Shown here in pieces: positions 25,909 to 35,477 of a stretch of DNA of 43,674 nucleotides. Position 1 is the stretch's first letter, and each line of letters begins with the position of its first letter. The position numbers were made by a program, and so were the translations under genes. Below the pieces are notes generated by a model that was given only the letters and a program-made list of their open reading frames with translations, did not search any database and was not told where the DNA came from. Source of the DNA: Eubacteriales bacterium (GTDB taxonomy: Bacteria; Bacillota; Clostridia; Oscillospirales; SIG627). The DNA lies in the NCBI GenBank assembly GCA_045590715.1, contig JAZNRO010000024.1, positions 1 through 43,674 on the forward strand, given 5' to 3'.

Positions 25909-28074
25909 ATGAAAAAAGCATTAAGAGTATTTCTCTTGATTATTTGTATTGCGGCTCTCCTTGCACCTTGTGCAAGTGCACTGGTGCCGTATACGACCTA
26001 CACTTACGACATTGACGGAAACTATGTGGAATCTCCTCACGCCTACGTGCCTGACCGCATCGTAGACTCTGCGGATATGGGACTGAAAACCCCTCTTTCC
26101 TCTCCCACGGACCTTGTTTCCGATGAAAACGGCAACCTGTTCTTGGCTGACCCCAATAACAACCGTTTTGTTATTCTCAATACGGACTACACCGTAAACA
26201 CTACCGTTTCCCGTTTCTTGAACGGCCAGGGTGTTCCGGATAGTTTTGAGAAACCCCGTGGACTTTTTGTAAAGGACGAAGAGATCTTCGTTTGTGATAC
26301 GGAGAATAACCGTATCGTAGTATTCGATAAGACCTGCGATGAAAACGGCAAGATCCTCTCCGTTGATTTTGACAGAGTGATCGGTAAGCCCGAAAGCACT
26401 GCTTTCCCCGAAGGCGCTACCTATAAGCCGATCGCCTGTGCCGTTGATACCGCCGGAAGAATCTACGTTGTTTCTTCCACCACCAACCTTGGTATCATCT
26501 CTCTCAATGCCGGCGGCGAATTCTTAGGATTCCTCGGCGCGCAGAAAACTGCGCCCAGCGCATTCCAGATCTTCTGGAGAATGTTCCAGACGAAAGAGCA
26601 GAGAGAAGCGCTCCAGTCCCTGGTTCCTACCGAGTACAACAACATTGATATTGACGAATCCGGCTTTATTTACGCTACCATCTCCTCTCTGGACGAAAAG
26701 AAAATGGCAGACGCCATCTCCTCCAAGTCCACTTCCGGAGACTATGCGCCTGTAAAGAAACTGAATGCAGAAGGTACCGACGTTATGCTCCGTACCGGTT
26801 TCTGGCCTCCCTCCGGTGAGGTTACCGTTGTTCAGTATCAGTCCGTTGCAGCGGATGCAAACCTTGACGTATCTATGATCATCGACGTTGCCCTTGGCCA
26901 GGCAGGTACCTGGACTCTGGCAGACGGTGACCGTCAGAGATTCTACACCTACGATTCTCAGGGCAACCTGCTCTTCATCTTCGGAGACAACGGTCCTCAG
27001 CTTGGTAATAACGTTGGCGTATCTTCCATCTGCTACCAGCAGGATAAATTCCTGGTACTGGACCGCACCAACAACTCCTTTACCATTTATAAGAGAACTG
27101 CTTACGGCGAAAGCCTGATGGCTGCCATCCAGAACGTAGCAGACCGTAATTACGATAAGTCCGCTGTATACTGGCAGGAAGTTCTTTTAAGAAACTCCAA
27201 CTTCGACGAAGCTTACATTGGTATTGCAGATAGCTACTACCGTGCAGGCGACTACGAAAAGGCTCAGGAATATTACGCTGCCGCTTACGATGCAGAAGGT
27301 TATTCCAAGAGCTACTCCAGAATCCGTAAAGGCTGGATCGAAAAGTATATTCTTCTGATTCCCATTACCGTAGCGGTAATTGCCGTTGCCATTACCAAGT
27401 TCTTCGGTTACGCTGCGAAAGTAAACGTTGCCGGACAGGTAATGAAGGATAAGAGAACCTTTAAAGAGGCTGCTCTTTACGGCTGCCACGTGATCTTCCA
27501 TCCCTTTGACGGCTTCTGGGATCTGAAACACGAAAAACGAGGCAATTTCAAAGCAGGTATCTTCTTTGTAGTGTTGACCATTGCTGCTTATATCTACAAC
27601 GGTATGGGACAGTCCTTCTGGTACGATCCCTACAATAAAGGTATCAGCATCGTAGCACAGCTCACCGGCGTTTTGGTTCCCCTTGCCCTTTGGGTAATTG
27701 CCAACTGGTGTCTGACTACTCTGTTTGAAGGCGAAGGAAGCCTGAAGGACATTTGCCTGGCAACTTGCTACTGTCTGCTTCCCCTGCCTATGATGATGAT
27801 TCCCGCTACCATTCTGACTCACGTTTTGACTCTGGATGAAAGCGCAATCGTTACTCTTTTGATTTCTATCGGCTACGTATGGACCGGTATGCTGTTGTTC
27901 TTTGCCGTTATGGTAACCCACGACTACAGCTTCTCTAAAAACATTCTGACCGTTGTAGGAACTCTTGCCGGTATGGTAATTATCATGTTCCTGGCGCTTC
28001 TGTTCTCCGGTCTGTTTGGTAAGATCATTTCGTTTGTTGTAAATATTTACACCGAGCTATCGCTCAGAGTTTAG
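25909..28074 (+). CDS. Membrane protein: signal peptide, extracellular NHL-repeat beta-propeller, TPR-like segment, C-terminal polytopic Yip1-like domain
   Basis: 721 aa. NHL-type repeats are present (PTDLVSDENGNLFLADPNNNRFVILN; PRGLFVKDEEIFVCDTENNRIVVFD; PIACAVDTAGRIYVVSS; QRFYTYDSQGNLLFIFG; FLVLDRTNNSFTIYK). A TPR-like segment (AYIGIADSYYRAGDYEKAQEYY) follows, then about 6 TM helices. Confidence 0.65.
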   Translation: MKKALRVFLLIICIAALLAPCASALVPYTTYTYDIDGNYVESPHAYVPDRIVDSADMGLKTPLSSPTDLVSDENGNLFLADPNNNRFVILNTDYTVNTTVSRFLNGQGVPDSFEKPRGLFVKDEEIFVCDTENNRIVVFDKTCDENGKILSVDFDRVIGKPESTAFPEGATYKPIACAVDTAGRIYVVSSTTNLGIISLNAGGEFLGFLGAQKTAPSAFQIFWRMFQTKEQREALQSLVPTEYNNIDIDESGFIYATISSLDEKKMADAISSKSTSGDYAPVKKLNAEGTDVMLRTGFWPPSGEVTVVQYQSVAADANLDVSMIIDVALGQAGTWTLADGDRQRFYTYDSQGNLLFIFGDNGPQLGNNVGVSSICYQQDKFLVLDRTNNSFTIYKRTAYGESLMAAIQNVADRNYDKSAVYWQEVLLRNSNFDEAYIGIADSYYRAGDYEKAQEYYAAAYDAEGYSKSYSRIRKGWIEKYILLIPITVAVIAVAITKFFGYAAKVNVAGQVMKDKRTFKEAALYGCHVIFHPFDGFWDLKHEKRGNFKAGIFFVVLTIAAYIYNGMGQSFWYDPYNKGISIVAQLTGVLVPLALWVIANWCLTTLFEGEGSLKDICLATCYCLLPLPMMMIPATILTHVLTLDESAIVTLLISIGYVWTGMLLFFAVMVTHDYSFSKNILTVVGTLAGMVIIMFLALLFSGLFGKIISFVVNIYTELSLRV

Positions 28075-28091
28075 GAAAGGAGGTACCTTGA

Positions 28092-30941
28092 ATGAAAAAG
28101 ATTTTGTCTCTTGCATTAACGTTTGTTCTTGTTTTCAGTATGGTTCTTCCTCTCCTTGCCACTGCCGGCCAGGCAGAGGGATTGGGTGATAAAAAACTTT
28201 ATGACACTCTGAAAAACACCAATTACACCACCACCATTTATGATTCTCCTGAAGCAAAGCTTGAGACCATGACCAAAGTGGTGGAAAACGAGGGCTACGC
28301 TCTTTACATCCAGGAATTTACCGCAGAGGTTTGTGTTGTAGATAAGGTTACCGGCCAGATGCTCTTCACCAACCCCTACGACGTAGCAGACGGTTCTGCT
28401 TCTCCTGCTATTAAGTACGAGCTCCTCAGCCAGATCAAGCTTTCCTATCACGGAACCTCCGAGGCAAGCGGAAATCTGAACAGCTTTTCCGACGCTGCAT
28501 ATCCCGAGCAGATCAATATTAAACTGATCCGCGGCGGTGTACGCGTTGAGTACACCATGGGTGAAGCAATTAAGAAAAGACTGGTTCCTTATCAGATCGA
28601 AAAGAGCCGTTTTGAAAACGACATTCTGGCTCCCTTCTTTGAAGCTACCACCGATTCTGATTTAAGCTATGAAGAGTATGCGACTCTGAAGAAAAGCGAA
28701 GATCTTGCCGATCAGTCCAAGGCTTCTTCCGCAGAATCCTTCGAATTCGGCCGTTTCCTTTCCTTCTATACTCTTTACGACCTTTCTGATCCTTCCCTGA
28801 CTGCCCGTCAGCAGTCTACCATTCTTTCTACTTATCCTATTACTGAGCGCTACGCCATCTACATTGTAGAAGAAGAAATTCAGGCGCAGGAGCTGAACGC
28901 TCTGGAAAATTATATTCGTAAGAATACCGAATTCTCTCTGGACGATATGCTTGCCGCTCATGAAGAAGTAGAGTACGTGCTGGAAGAAGGCTCCGCTCCT
29001 ATCTTTAAGATGGCGCTGGAGTACACTCTCACGAAAGACGGCTTCCAGGTTCGTCTTCCTGCACGAGGCATCACCTTTGATGCTTCCACTTACACCCTGG
29101 ATACCATTCAGATCCTGCCTTATCTGGGCGCCGGCAGACATGCAGATGCAAATGCCATCCGCAGAGATACCGGTTACAACTTCATTCCTGACGGAAGCGG
29201 TGCTACCATTTCCTTCGATAAGAATGACCTTTATACCCAGGTATCCGGCACTCTTTACGGCAGTGACTTCGGTTTCTATAACAGCACCTCTGCTACCACT
29301 GCCAGCTATCAGACCTGGCGTGTTCCCGTATACGGAACCGTTATGACCTCTGATATGACCATCAAGGAAACCGTTCTTGATGCAGAAGGTAAGCCTGTTT
29401 TGGATGAAGATGGAAAGCCTGTGAAGCAGGTTGTTGAAAATCGCAGTGTAAAACAGGGTTACGTAGCCTTTATGACCGAAGGTGAAAGCCTTACCCGTAT
29501 TGACGCTGTCAGCGGAAACGGTGTTCACGGATACCACTCCGTATCCACCACCTTCTTTGCCCGTCAGACCGACTCCTATCCTCTGGACGGTATTACCGTT
29601 ACCGGTGGTGTGGCAGTTTACACCAAGCCCATCGACAGAAAGTACGTTGGCAACTACACCATTCAGTACAGACTTCTGTACGGTGACAATGCTGATTACG
29701 TAGGTATGGCAAATGCATACCGCAAGTTCCTTTTGGAAGAGGGCATTCTGGAAAAGATCGAAACCGGTGATGACAAAGACATCAACCTGTATATGGACCT
29801 TCTGGGTGTCATTGATATTATTAAGACCGTTCTTGGCGTTCCGGTTGATGCTACCGCAGATCTTACCACCTTTGAAAATGCAAAGGTTATTCTGGACGAA
29901 CTGAAGGAAGCCGGCGTAAACGACCAGGTAATCCGTTATCTGGGCTGGGTGAATGGCGGTCTTGCTTCCACCGTTCCTTCCAAACTGAAAGTGGTAAAGG
30001 AACTGGGCGGTGAAAAGAAACTGAAAGAACTGATCAGCCACGTTCAGAAAAACGGCGATCAGATCTATCTGGATCTTGATTTTGCCTACATCAAAGCCGT
30101 TGGTATGTTTGATGGCTATGATGAAGAAAAAGATGCTGCCAAGACCATCGACGGCAAAGCAGCATACTATCAGACCTACAACCCCATTGTACAGGCGTAC
30201 AATACACAGGTAGCCTTTGTTCTCTCTGCCAAGACCATCAAGACTTATTACGATAGAATCGTAGATAAGTACACCGGTTACTTCGGAGAAGGTGCAAAGA
30301 CCATCTCTATGGGAACGCTGGGTCACGCGCTGAACTCCAGCCAGGATGAAGACTTCCCCTTGAACCGTGAAGATGCAAAAGATTACACTGCATCCACAAT
30401 GGGTCAGATCAAAGAAGACGTTGAAAGCATCCTGATTGAAAAAGGAAACTATTACACCTGGAAATATGCAGACACCGTTCTGGATATTCCACTGGATAGC
30501 TCCAACCGTATTACCACCACGGCAGAGGTTCCTTTCCTTGGTATCCTGCTCCATGGTTATATGAATTACACCGGTGAAGCCATCAATATGGCAGGCGACT
30601 ATGAATATACTCTCCTGAAAACCATTGAAAACGGTGCAAATCCCTACTTTGTCCTTGCTTACGACAATATTGCAGAGCTGAAGACCAACGGTTACAGCGA
30701 ATATTACGCAGTAGAATATGGCGTATGGAAGGAAAGTATCGTAGAAGAATACAAGAAGCTCAATGAGGTTCTCGGACCTCTCCAGGATCAGCTGATTACC
30801 GGGCATGAGATCCTGCAGGAGAGAATTGTAAAGGTAGTCTACGAAAACGGTACTGAAATTTACCTCAACTATAACAACTTCGCAAAGAACGTAGAAGGCG
30901 TTGAAATCCCGGCAATGGGCTTCTACGTTGCAGAAGCGTAA
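28092..30941 (+). CDS. Secreted 949-aa protein of unknown family; C-terminal half looks like a (beta/alpha)8 glycoside-hydrolase-like barrel (tentative)
   Basis: AAGGAGG RBS and a signal peptide (...LLATAGQA|EG). The strand-loop pattern YLGWVNGG, IYLDLDF, SMGTLGH and PFLGILLHGYMNY is reminiscent of a TIM-barrel. From memory, similar proteins may be annotated only as a DUF family; I did not verify this. Confidence 0.5.
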   Translation: MKKILSLALTFVLVFSMVLPLLATAGQAEGLGDKKLYDTLKNTNYTTTIYDSPEAKLETMTKVVENEGYALYIQEFTAEVCVVDKVTGQMLFTNPYDVADGSASPAIKYELLSQIKLSYHGTSEASGNLNSFSDAAYPEQINIKLIRGGVRVEYTMGEAIKKRLVPYQIEKSRFENDILAPFFEATTDSDLSYEEYATLKKSEDLADQSKASSAESFEFGRFLSFYTLYDLSDPSLTARQQSTILSTYPITERYAIYIVEEEIQAQELNALENYIRKNTEFSLDDMLAAHEEVEYVLEEGSAPIFKMALEYTLTKDGFQVRLPARGITFDASTYTLDTIQILPYLGAGRHADANAIRRDTGYNFIPDGSGATISFDKNDLYTQVSGTLYGSDFGFYNSTSATTASYQTWRVPVYGTVMTSDMTIKETVLDAEGKPVLDEDGKPVKQVVENRSVKQGYVAFMTEGESLTRIDAVSGNGVHGYHSVSTTFFARQTDSYPLDGITVTGGVAVYTKPIDRKYVGNYTIQYRLLYGDNADYVGMANAYRKFLLEEGILEKIETGDDKDINLYMDLLGVIDIIKTVLGVPVDATADLTTFENAKVILDELKEAGVNDQVIRYLGWVNGGLASTVPSKLKVVKELGGEKKLKELISHVQKNGDQIYLDLDFAYIKAVGMFDGYDEEKDAAKTIDGKAAYYQTYNPIVQAYNTQVAFVLSAKTIKTYYDRIVDKYTGYFGEGAKTISMGTLGHALNSSQDEDFPLNREDAKDYTASTMGQIKEDVESILIEKGNYYTWKYADTVLDIPLDSSNRITTTAEVPFLGILLHGYMNYTGEAINMAGDYEYTLLKTIENGANPYFVLAYDNIAELKTNGYSEYYAVEYGVWKESIVEEYKKLNEVLGPLQDQLITGHEILQERIVKVVYENGTEIYLNYNNFAKNVEGVEIPAMGFYVAEA

Positions 30942-30959
30942 GGAAAGGAGAGGTGAAAA

Positions 30960-31976
30960 ATGAATCAAGCAGTCACAAAAAAGGTTGAACCTATGACAAA
31001 GCCTGTGAAAAAGAAAAAATCCAAGGCCAAATCGCTGGATAAAGCGAAGGCCCGTTCCGGTTGGTTCTTTGTAGCACCTTTTGTTTTGATCTTCTTCCTT
31101 GTTTACATTCCCGTTATTATCGACTCCATTACCTACAGTTTCAACACCATCTACCCCTTATCCGGCGGCGGATTCGTTCTTGACTACGTAGGATGGGAAA
31201 ACTACTACAACGCACTCTTTGTAGATGCAAACTTTGTTACCACCTTGACCGGCGGTATCAAGCAGCTGGTATTGGAAGTTCCTGCCATCGTTGTATTCTC
31301 TCTGTTTATGGCAGTTCTTCTGAACCAGAAAATGGTCGGCCGTACTTTGTTCCGTGCCATCTTCTTTATCCCCGTTATTCTGTCTACCGGTCTTATCGAT
31401 GATATCGATATGAGCAACGCCTTTGCTGACTATGCAAGCGGTGGCGGTGCGGCAGGCGGAGCAGAAGCCGGCGCAACAGCGGGAGAAGGCGTTCAGCAGA
31501 ACTCCAACTCTCTGATCACTGCGGTTGACTTGCAGGGCCTTTTCTCTACCATGAAGGTAGGTACCGGCCTTGTGGATTACGTAGTAAATATTGTAAACGA
31601 TATTTATGACCTGGTAAACCGTTCCGGTGTACAGATGCTCATCTTCCTGGCAGGTCTGCAGTCTATCTCTCCTGCTATTTATGAGTCCTGTACCATCGAC
31701 GGCGCAACCACTTGGGAGACCTTCTGGAAGATCACCTTCCCCATGATCAGCCCCATGATCCTGGTAAACTCCATCTATACGGTAATCGACTCCTTTACAT
31801 CTTCCTCCAACCGAGTGATGAACTACGTGGGTCACGTATATGATAGCGTTACCACCTCCGGCGGCGACGTACTTGCTACTGCAATGTACTGGATCTACTT
31901 CTCCATTGTAATTCTGATTATCGCGGCAGTTGCGGCATTCATGTCCGCCTACGTCTTCTATCAGAGAAGAGACTAA
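30960..31976 (+). CDS. Carbohydrate ABC transporter permease (MalF-type), second pair
   Basis: 338 aa. EAA-loop is YESCTIDGATTWETFWKITFPMISP. There is a Gly/Ala-rich periplasmic insert (GGGAAGGAEAGATAGEG). Confidence 0.88.
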   Translation: MNQAVTKKVEPMTKPVKKKKSKAKSLDKAKARSGWFFVAPFVLIFFLVYIPVIIDSITYSFNTIYPLSGGGFVLDYVGWENYYNALFVDANFVTTLTGGIKQLVLEVPAIVVFSLFMAVLLNQKMVGRTLFRAIFFIPVILSTGLIDDIDMSNAFADYASGGGAAGGAEAGATAGEGVQQNSNSLITAVDLQGLFSTMKVGTGLVDYVVNIVNDIYDLVNRSGVQMLIFLAGLQSISPAIYESCTIDGATTWETFWKITFPMISPMILVNSIYTVIDSFTSSSNRVMNYVGHVYDSVTTSGGDVLATAMYWIYFSIVILIIAAVAAFMSAYVFYQRRD

Positions 31977-31993
31977 GAAAGGAGGACAAATAG

Positions 31994-33013
31994 ATGAATG
32001 CAGATATCAAAACCAAAAAGTTTGGTAAGAAAAAGGAATTCGACGTAGAATTCCAGGATCGTACTCCCTTCTGGGAAAGAGTGAAGGCAAAATTCTTCAC
32101 CCTGACCTTCGCGAAAAATCTTGTTTGGGCAATCTTCCGTTATGTCCTTCTGATCGGTATTGCATACGTAATCCTTTATCCCTTCATTGCAAAGATCGCC
32201 GGTTCTTTTATGAGCCGTGAAGACTTTGTGGATGTTACGGTAAAACTGATCCCTAAGTATCCTACCCTGGATACTTATAAGGCGATCATTACTGAAAACC
32301 GTTACTTTGAAGCACTGTGGAACACCACCGTTATCTCTCTGCTTTGTGCAGTGGTACAGATGGTAACCACCATGCTCATCGGTTACGGTCTTGCAAAGTT
32401 CAAGTTTAAAGGTAATTCCTTCCTGTTCTACTGTGTAATCTTTACCATGGTAGTTCCTCACCAGGCGCTTCGTCTGGCTCTGTTCCAGAAGTTCCGTTAC
32501 TTTGATATGTACGGAATCATCAAGCTCCTGACCGGTAATACCTTGAACCTGATCAACACCTACTGGCCTTTGGCTCTCCTTTCCTTCGGCGGTCTTGCCT
32601 TTAAGAACGGACTTTACATCTTCTTGATGCGTCAGTTCTTCCGCGGCGTACCCGATGAATTGGAAGAAGCGGCCTATGTGGACGGTTCCGGCGTATTTAA
32701 GACCTTCGTTCGTATCATCGTGCCCCTTTCCGTGCCGATGCTGATCACCGTGTTCATTTTCGCCTTCTCCTGGCAGTGGACCGATGACTTCTATACGCAG
32801 ATGTTCTTTACCAGAACCTCTACCTATCTGATGCCTAATATCGTTACGGTTCCTCCTTCTCTGGACACCACCGGTTTTGAAGCTGCCATGGTTTACTCCT
32901 CGGCAATTATCAATACCGCCGCACTGATGATTATCGCTCCGCTGGTAATTATCTACTGCTTCTGCCAGAAGTACATTGTACAGGGTATCGAACGAAGCGG
33001 TATCGTTGGTTAA
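31994..33013 (+). CDS. Carbohydrate ABC transporter permease (MalG-type), second pair
   Basis: 339 aa. EAA-loop is EEAAYVDGSGVFKTFVRIIVPLSVP. Confidence 0.88.
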   Translation: MNADIKTKKFGKKKEFDVEFQDRTPFWERVKAKFFTLTFAKNLVWAIFRYVLLIGIAYVILYPFIAKIAGSFMSREDFVDVTVKLIPKYPTLDTYKAIITENRYFEALWNTTVISLLCAVVQMVTTMLIGYGLAKFKFKGNSFLFYCVIFTMVVPHQALRLALFQKFRYFDMYGIIKLLTGNTLNLINTYWPLALLSFGGLAFKNGLYIFLMRQFFRGVPDELEEAAYVDGSGVFKTFVRIIVPLSVPMLITVFIFAFSWQWTDDFYTQMFFTRTSTYLMPNIVTVPPSLDTTGFEAAMVYSSAIINTAALMIIAPLVIIYCFCQKYIVQGIERSGIVG

Positions 33014-33020
33014 AAAAACA

Positions 33021-33052
33021 AAAAAGATGTGCCTTATGGCACATCTTTTTTT
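33021..33052 (+). terminator. Rho-independent terminator ending the ABC locus
   Basis: Stem AGATGTGCC / GGCACATCT (33025-33033 and 33038-33046), loop TTAT, then T-run 33047-33052. Confidence 0.75.
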
Positions 33053-33065
33053 GGTCTTACAGAAA

Positions 33066-33100
33066 AAGAAAAAAAGCAGTTCATTCGAACTGCTTTTTTG
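33066..33100 (-). terminator. Terminator for rpsO-pnp (bidirectional hairpin)
   Basis: Stem GCAGTTC / GAACTGC (33076-33082 and 33087-33093), flanked by an A-run and a T-run. Confidence 0.7.
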
Positions 33101-33104
33101 ATTT

Positions 33105-35201
33105 TTATTCTTCGTCCATTGCGTCCTTGCGGGAGAGATTGATTCTACCCTTGTCGTCGATCTCGATGAGTTTTACCTTCATCTTGTCGCCAACCTGGCA
33201 GATATCTTCTACCTTTTCCACTCTCTTCTTATCCAGTTTAGAGATGTGAACAAGGCCTTCCTTGCCGGGAGCAAATTCAACGAATGCACCGAAGGTCATC
33301 AGTCTGGTTACGGTACAGTTATCAAATACCATACCAACTTCAGGCTCAAATACAATGGCATCTACGATCTTCTTTGCAGCATAAGCGCTGTCGCGGTTTA
33401 CTGCGGAGATGAATACGCTGCCGTCGTCTTCGATGTCGATCTTGGCACCGGTATCGGCGCAGATCTTCTGAATCACCTTACCGCCGGAACCGATTACTTC
33501 GCGGATCTTGTCGGGGTTGATCTTCATGGAGAGCATCTTGGGTGCAAATTCAGATACGTCTTCTCTGGGCTTGTCGATGGCTTTCAGCATCACTTCGTCC
33601 AGGATATAGAGTCTTGCGGTGTGAGTGGTTTCCAGTGCCTGCTTGATGATCTCGGGAGTCAGACCGTCGATCTTCAGGTCCATCTGGATAGCGGTAATAC
33701 CGTTATGAGTACCTGCTACCTTAAAGTCCATATCGCCGAAGAAGTCTTCCAGACCCTGGATGTCGATCATGGTGTCCCATTCATCGCCTTCGGTGATCAG
33801 ACCGCAGGAGATACCGGCAACGGGTGCCTTCAAAGGTACACCGGCATCCATCAGTGCCAGGGTAGAACCACAGATGGAACCCTGGGAGGTGGAACCGTTG
33901 GAAGAAACGATTTCGGAAACCAGACGAATGGTGTAGGGGAACTCTTCCACAGAGGGAATAACGGGTTCCAATGCTCTTTCGGCAAGAGCACCGTGACCGA
34001 TCTCACGTCTGCCGGGGCTTCTGGAGGCTTTTGCTTCGCCTACGGAGTAGCCGGGCATATTGTAGTGGTGCATATAACGCTTGTATTCTTCGGTATCGAT
34101 ACCGTCCAGCATCTGCTGATCGGAGATGGAGCCCAAAGTAGCAAGAGTCAGCACCTGGGTCTGACCTCTGGTAAAGAGACCGGAACCGTGTACGCGGGGG
34201 ATCAGACCAACTTCAGAAGCCAGAGGACGGATCTCGTCCATTCTTCTGCCGTCAACACGCTTCTTCTCGTCCAGGAGCCAACGACGTACTACAAACTTCT
34301 GCAGTTTGTAAACGCACTCGTTGATGGCAAGGCGCATATCGGGGTAGATCTCATCAAACTTTGCGTAGATCTTTTCGTAAACTACCTGCATTCTTTCGTC
34401 ACGAACGTTCTTGTCGTCGGTATCAAGGGCAGCCTTTACGTCTTCAATGGCAAATTCCTTGATGGCCTCAAACATATCGTGGTCAACGTCGCAGGAGGGG
34501 TAAGAGAACTTGGGTTTGCCGATTTCCTTTACGATATCGTTGATAAAGGCAACCAGGCCCTGGATCTCTTTGAAAGCGGTCATAATAGCGCCGTACATAT
34601 CTTCGTCAGATACTTCCTTTGCGCCTGCTTCGATCATAACAACTTTCTTTTCGCTGGCAGCTACGGTCAGCTCAAGGGTGCTCTTCTCTCTCTGTTCCAG
34701 GGTGGGGTTGATTACAACTTCACCGTCCACAAGACCTACGAAAGCACCGCCGATGGGTCCGTTCCAAGGAATATCGGAAATGGACAGGGCGATGGATGCG
34801 CCGATCATAGCGGCGATCTCAGGAGAATTGTCCTGATCTACGGAAAGGGTCAGAAGGGAGATGCACACGTCGTTTCTCAGATCCTTGGGGAAAAGAGGAC
34901 GAATGGGACGGTCGATCACACGGGAAGTGAGGATCGCCTTGGTAGAAGGTCTGCCTTCTCTTCTGTTAAAGCTTCCGGGAATGCGGCCTACTGCGTAAAG
35001 TCTTTCTTCGTAGTCAACGGACAGGGGAAGAAAGTCAATGCCGTCTCTGGGAGCGGCAGAAGCAGTAGCGTTTGCCAGGATGCAGGTGTCGCCGTAGCGA
35101 ACCAGACAGGAACCGTTGGAAAGCTGGGCAATTTTGCCGGTTTCCACGATCAGGGGTCTGCCTGCATATTCATATTTGAAGATTCTGTGATTTTCAAACA
35201 T
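33105..35201 (-). CDS. pnp: Polyribonucleotide nucleotidyltransferase (PNPase)
   Basis: 698 aa with two RNase PH domains plus KH and S1 domains (GKIAQLSNGS, FPLSVDYEE, GRREIGHGALAERAL, GAFVEF.PGKEGLVHIS). Confidence 0.97.
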   Translation of the reverse strand: MFENHRIFKYEYAGRPLIVETGKIAQLSNGSCLVRYGDTCILANATASAAPRDGIDFLPLSVDYEERLYAVGRIPGSFNRREGRPSTKAILTSRVIDRPIRPLFPKDLRNDVCISLLTLSVDQDNSPEIAAMIGASIALSISDIPWNGPIGGAFVGLVDGEVVINPTLEQREKSTLELTVAASEKKVVMIEAGAKEVSDEDMYGAIMTAFKEIQGLVAFINDIVKEIGKPKFSYPSCDVDHDMFEAIKEFAIEDVKAALDTDDKNVRDERMQVVYEKIYAKFDEIYPDMRLAINECVYKLQKFVVRRWLLDEKKRVDGRRMDEIRPLASEVGLIPRVHGSGLFTRGQTQVLTLATLGSISDQQMLDGIDTEEYKRYMHHYNMPGYSVGEAKASRSPGRREIGHGALAERALEPVIPSVEEFPYTIRLVSEIVSSNGSTSQGSICGSTLALMDAGVPLKAPVAGISCGLITEGDEWDTMIDIQGLEDFFGDMDFKVAGTHNGITAIQMDLKIDGLTPEIIKQALETTHTARLYILDEVMLKAIDKPREDVSEFAPKMLSMKINPDKIREVIGSGGKVIQKICADTGAKIDIEDDGSVFISAVNRDSAYAAKKIVDAIVFEPEVGMVFDNCTVTRLMTFGAFVEFAPGKEGLVHISKLDKKRVEKVEDICQVGDKMKVKLIEIDDKGRINLSRKDAMDEE

Positions 35202-35213
35202 ATCGTTTCCCGA

Positions 35214-35477
35214 TTACTTTCTCAGACCGAGCTTTTCGATGATAGCTCTGTAACGGTTGATGTCCTTCTTCTGCAGATAGCCCAGAAGGTTTCTTCTGTG
35301 ACCAACCATCTTCAGCATACCTCTGCGGGAGTGGTGGTCCTTCTTGTTCACCTTAAGATGCTCGGTGAGGGTGTTGATTCTTGAGGTCAGGATTGCGATC
35401 TGAACCTCGGGAGATCCGGTATCTCCTTCGTGAGTTGCGTAAGTGGTAATGATCTGCTGCTTTTCTTCTTTCAGCAT
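35214..35477 (-). CDS. rpsO: 30S ribosomal protein S15
   Basis: [10 protein letters not shown]...[47 protein letters not shown]. Start at 35477 has a GGAGGTG RBS. The track extension to 35540 is rejected. Confidence 0.95.
   Translation of the reverse strand: MLKEEKQQIITTYATHEGDTGSPEVQIAILTSRINTLTEHLKVNKKDHHSRRGMLKMVGHRRNLLGYLQKKDINRYRAIIEKLGLRK

Noticed and set aside
28662-30968. 768-aa minus-strand ORF opposite the 949-aa gene.
   Set aside because: It has no SD site and no signal or TM logic, and its composition is odd (rich in Val/Gly/Ile/Phe/Cys/His). The plus-strand frame has a consensus SD site, a signal peptide and operon context.
33246-35384. 712-aa plus-strand ORF spanning pnp and part of rpsO.
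   Set aside because: It is antisense to two unmistakable conserved genes. It is low-complexity and Gly/Val/Asp-rich, and it crosses the pnp-rpsO junction. It is an artefact of stop-codon-poor antisense frames.
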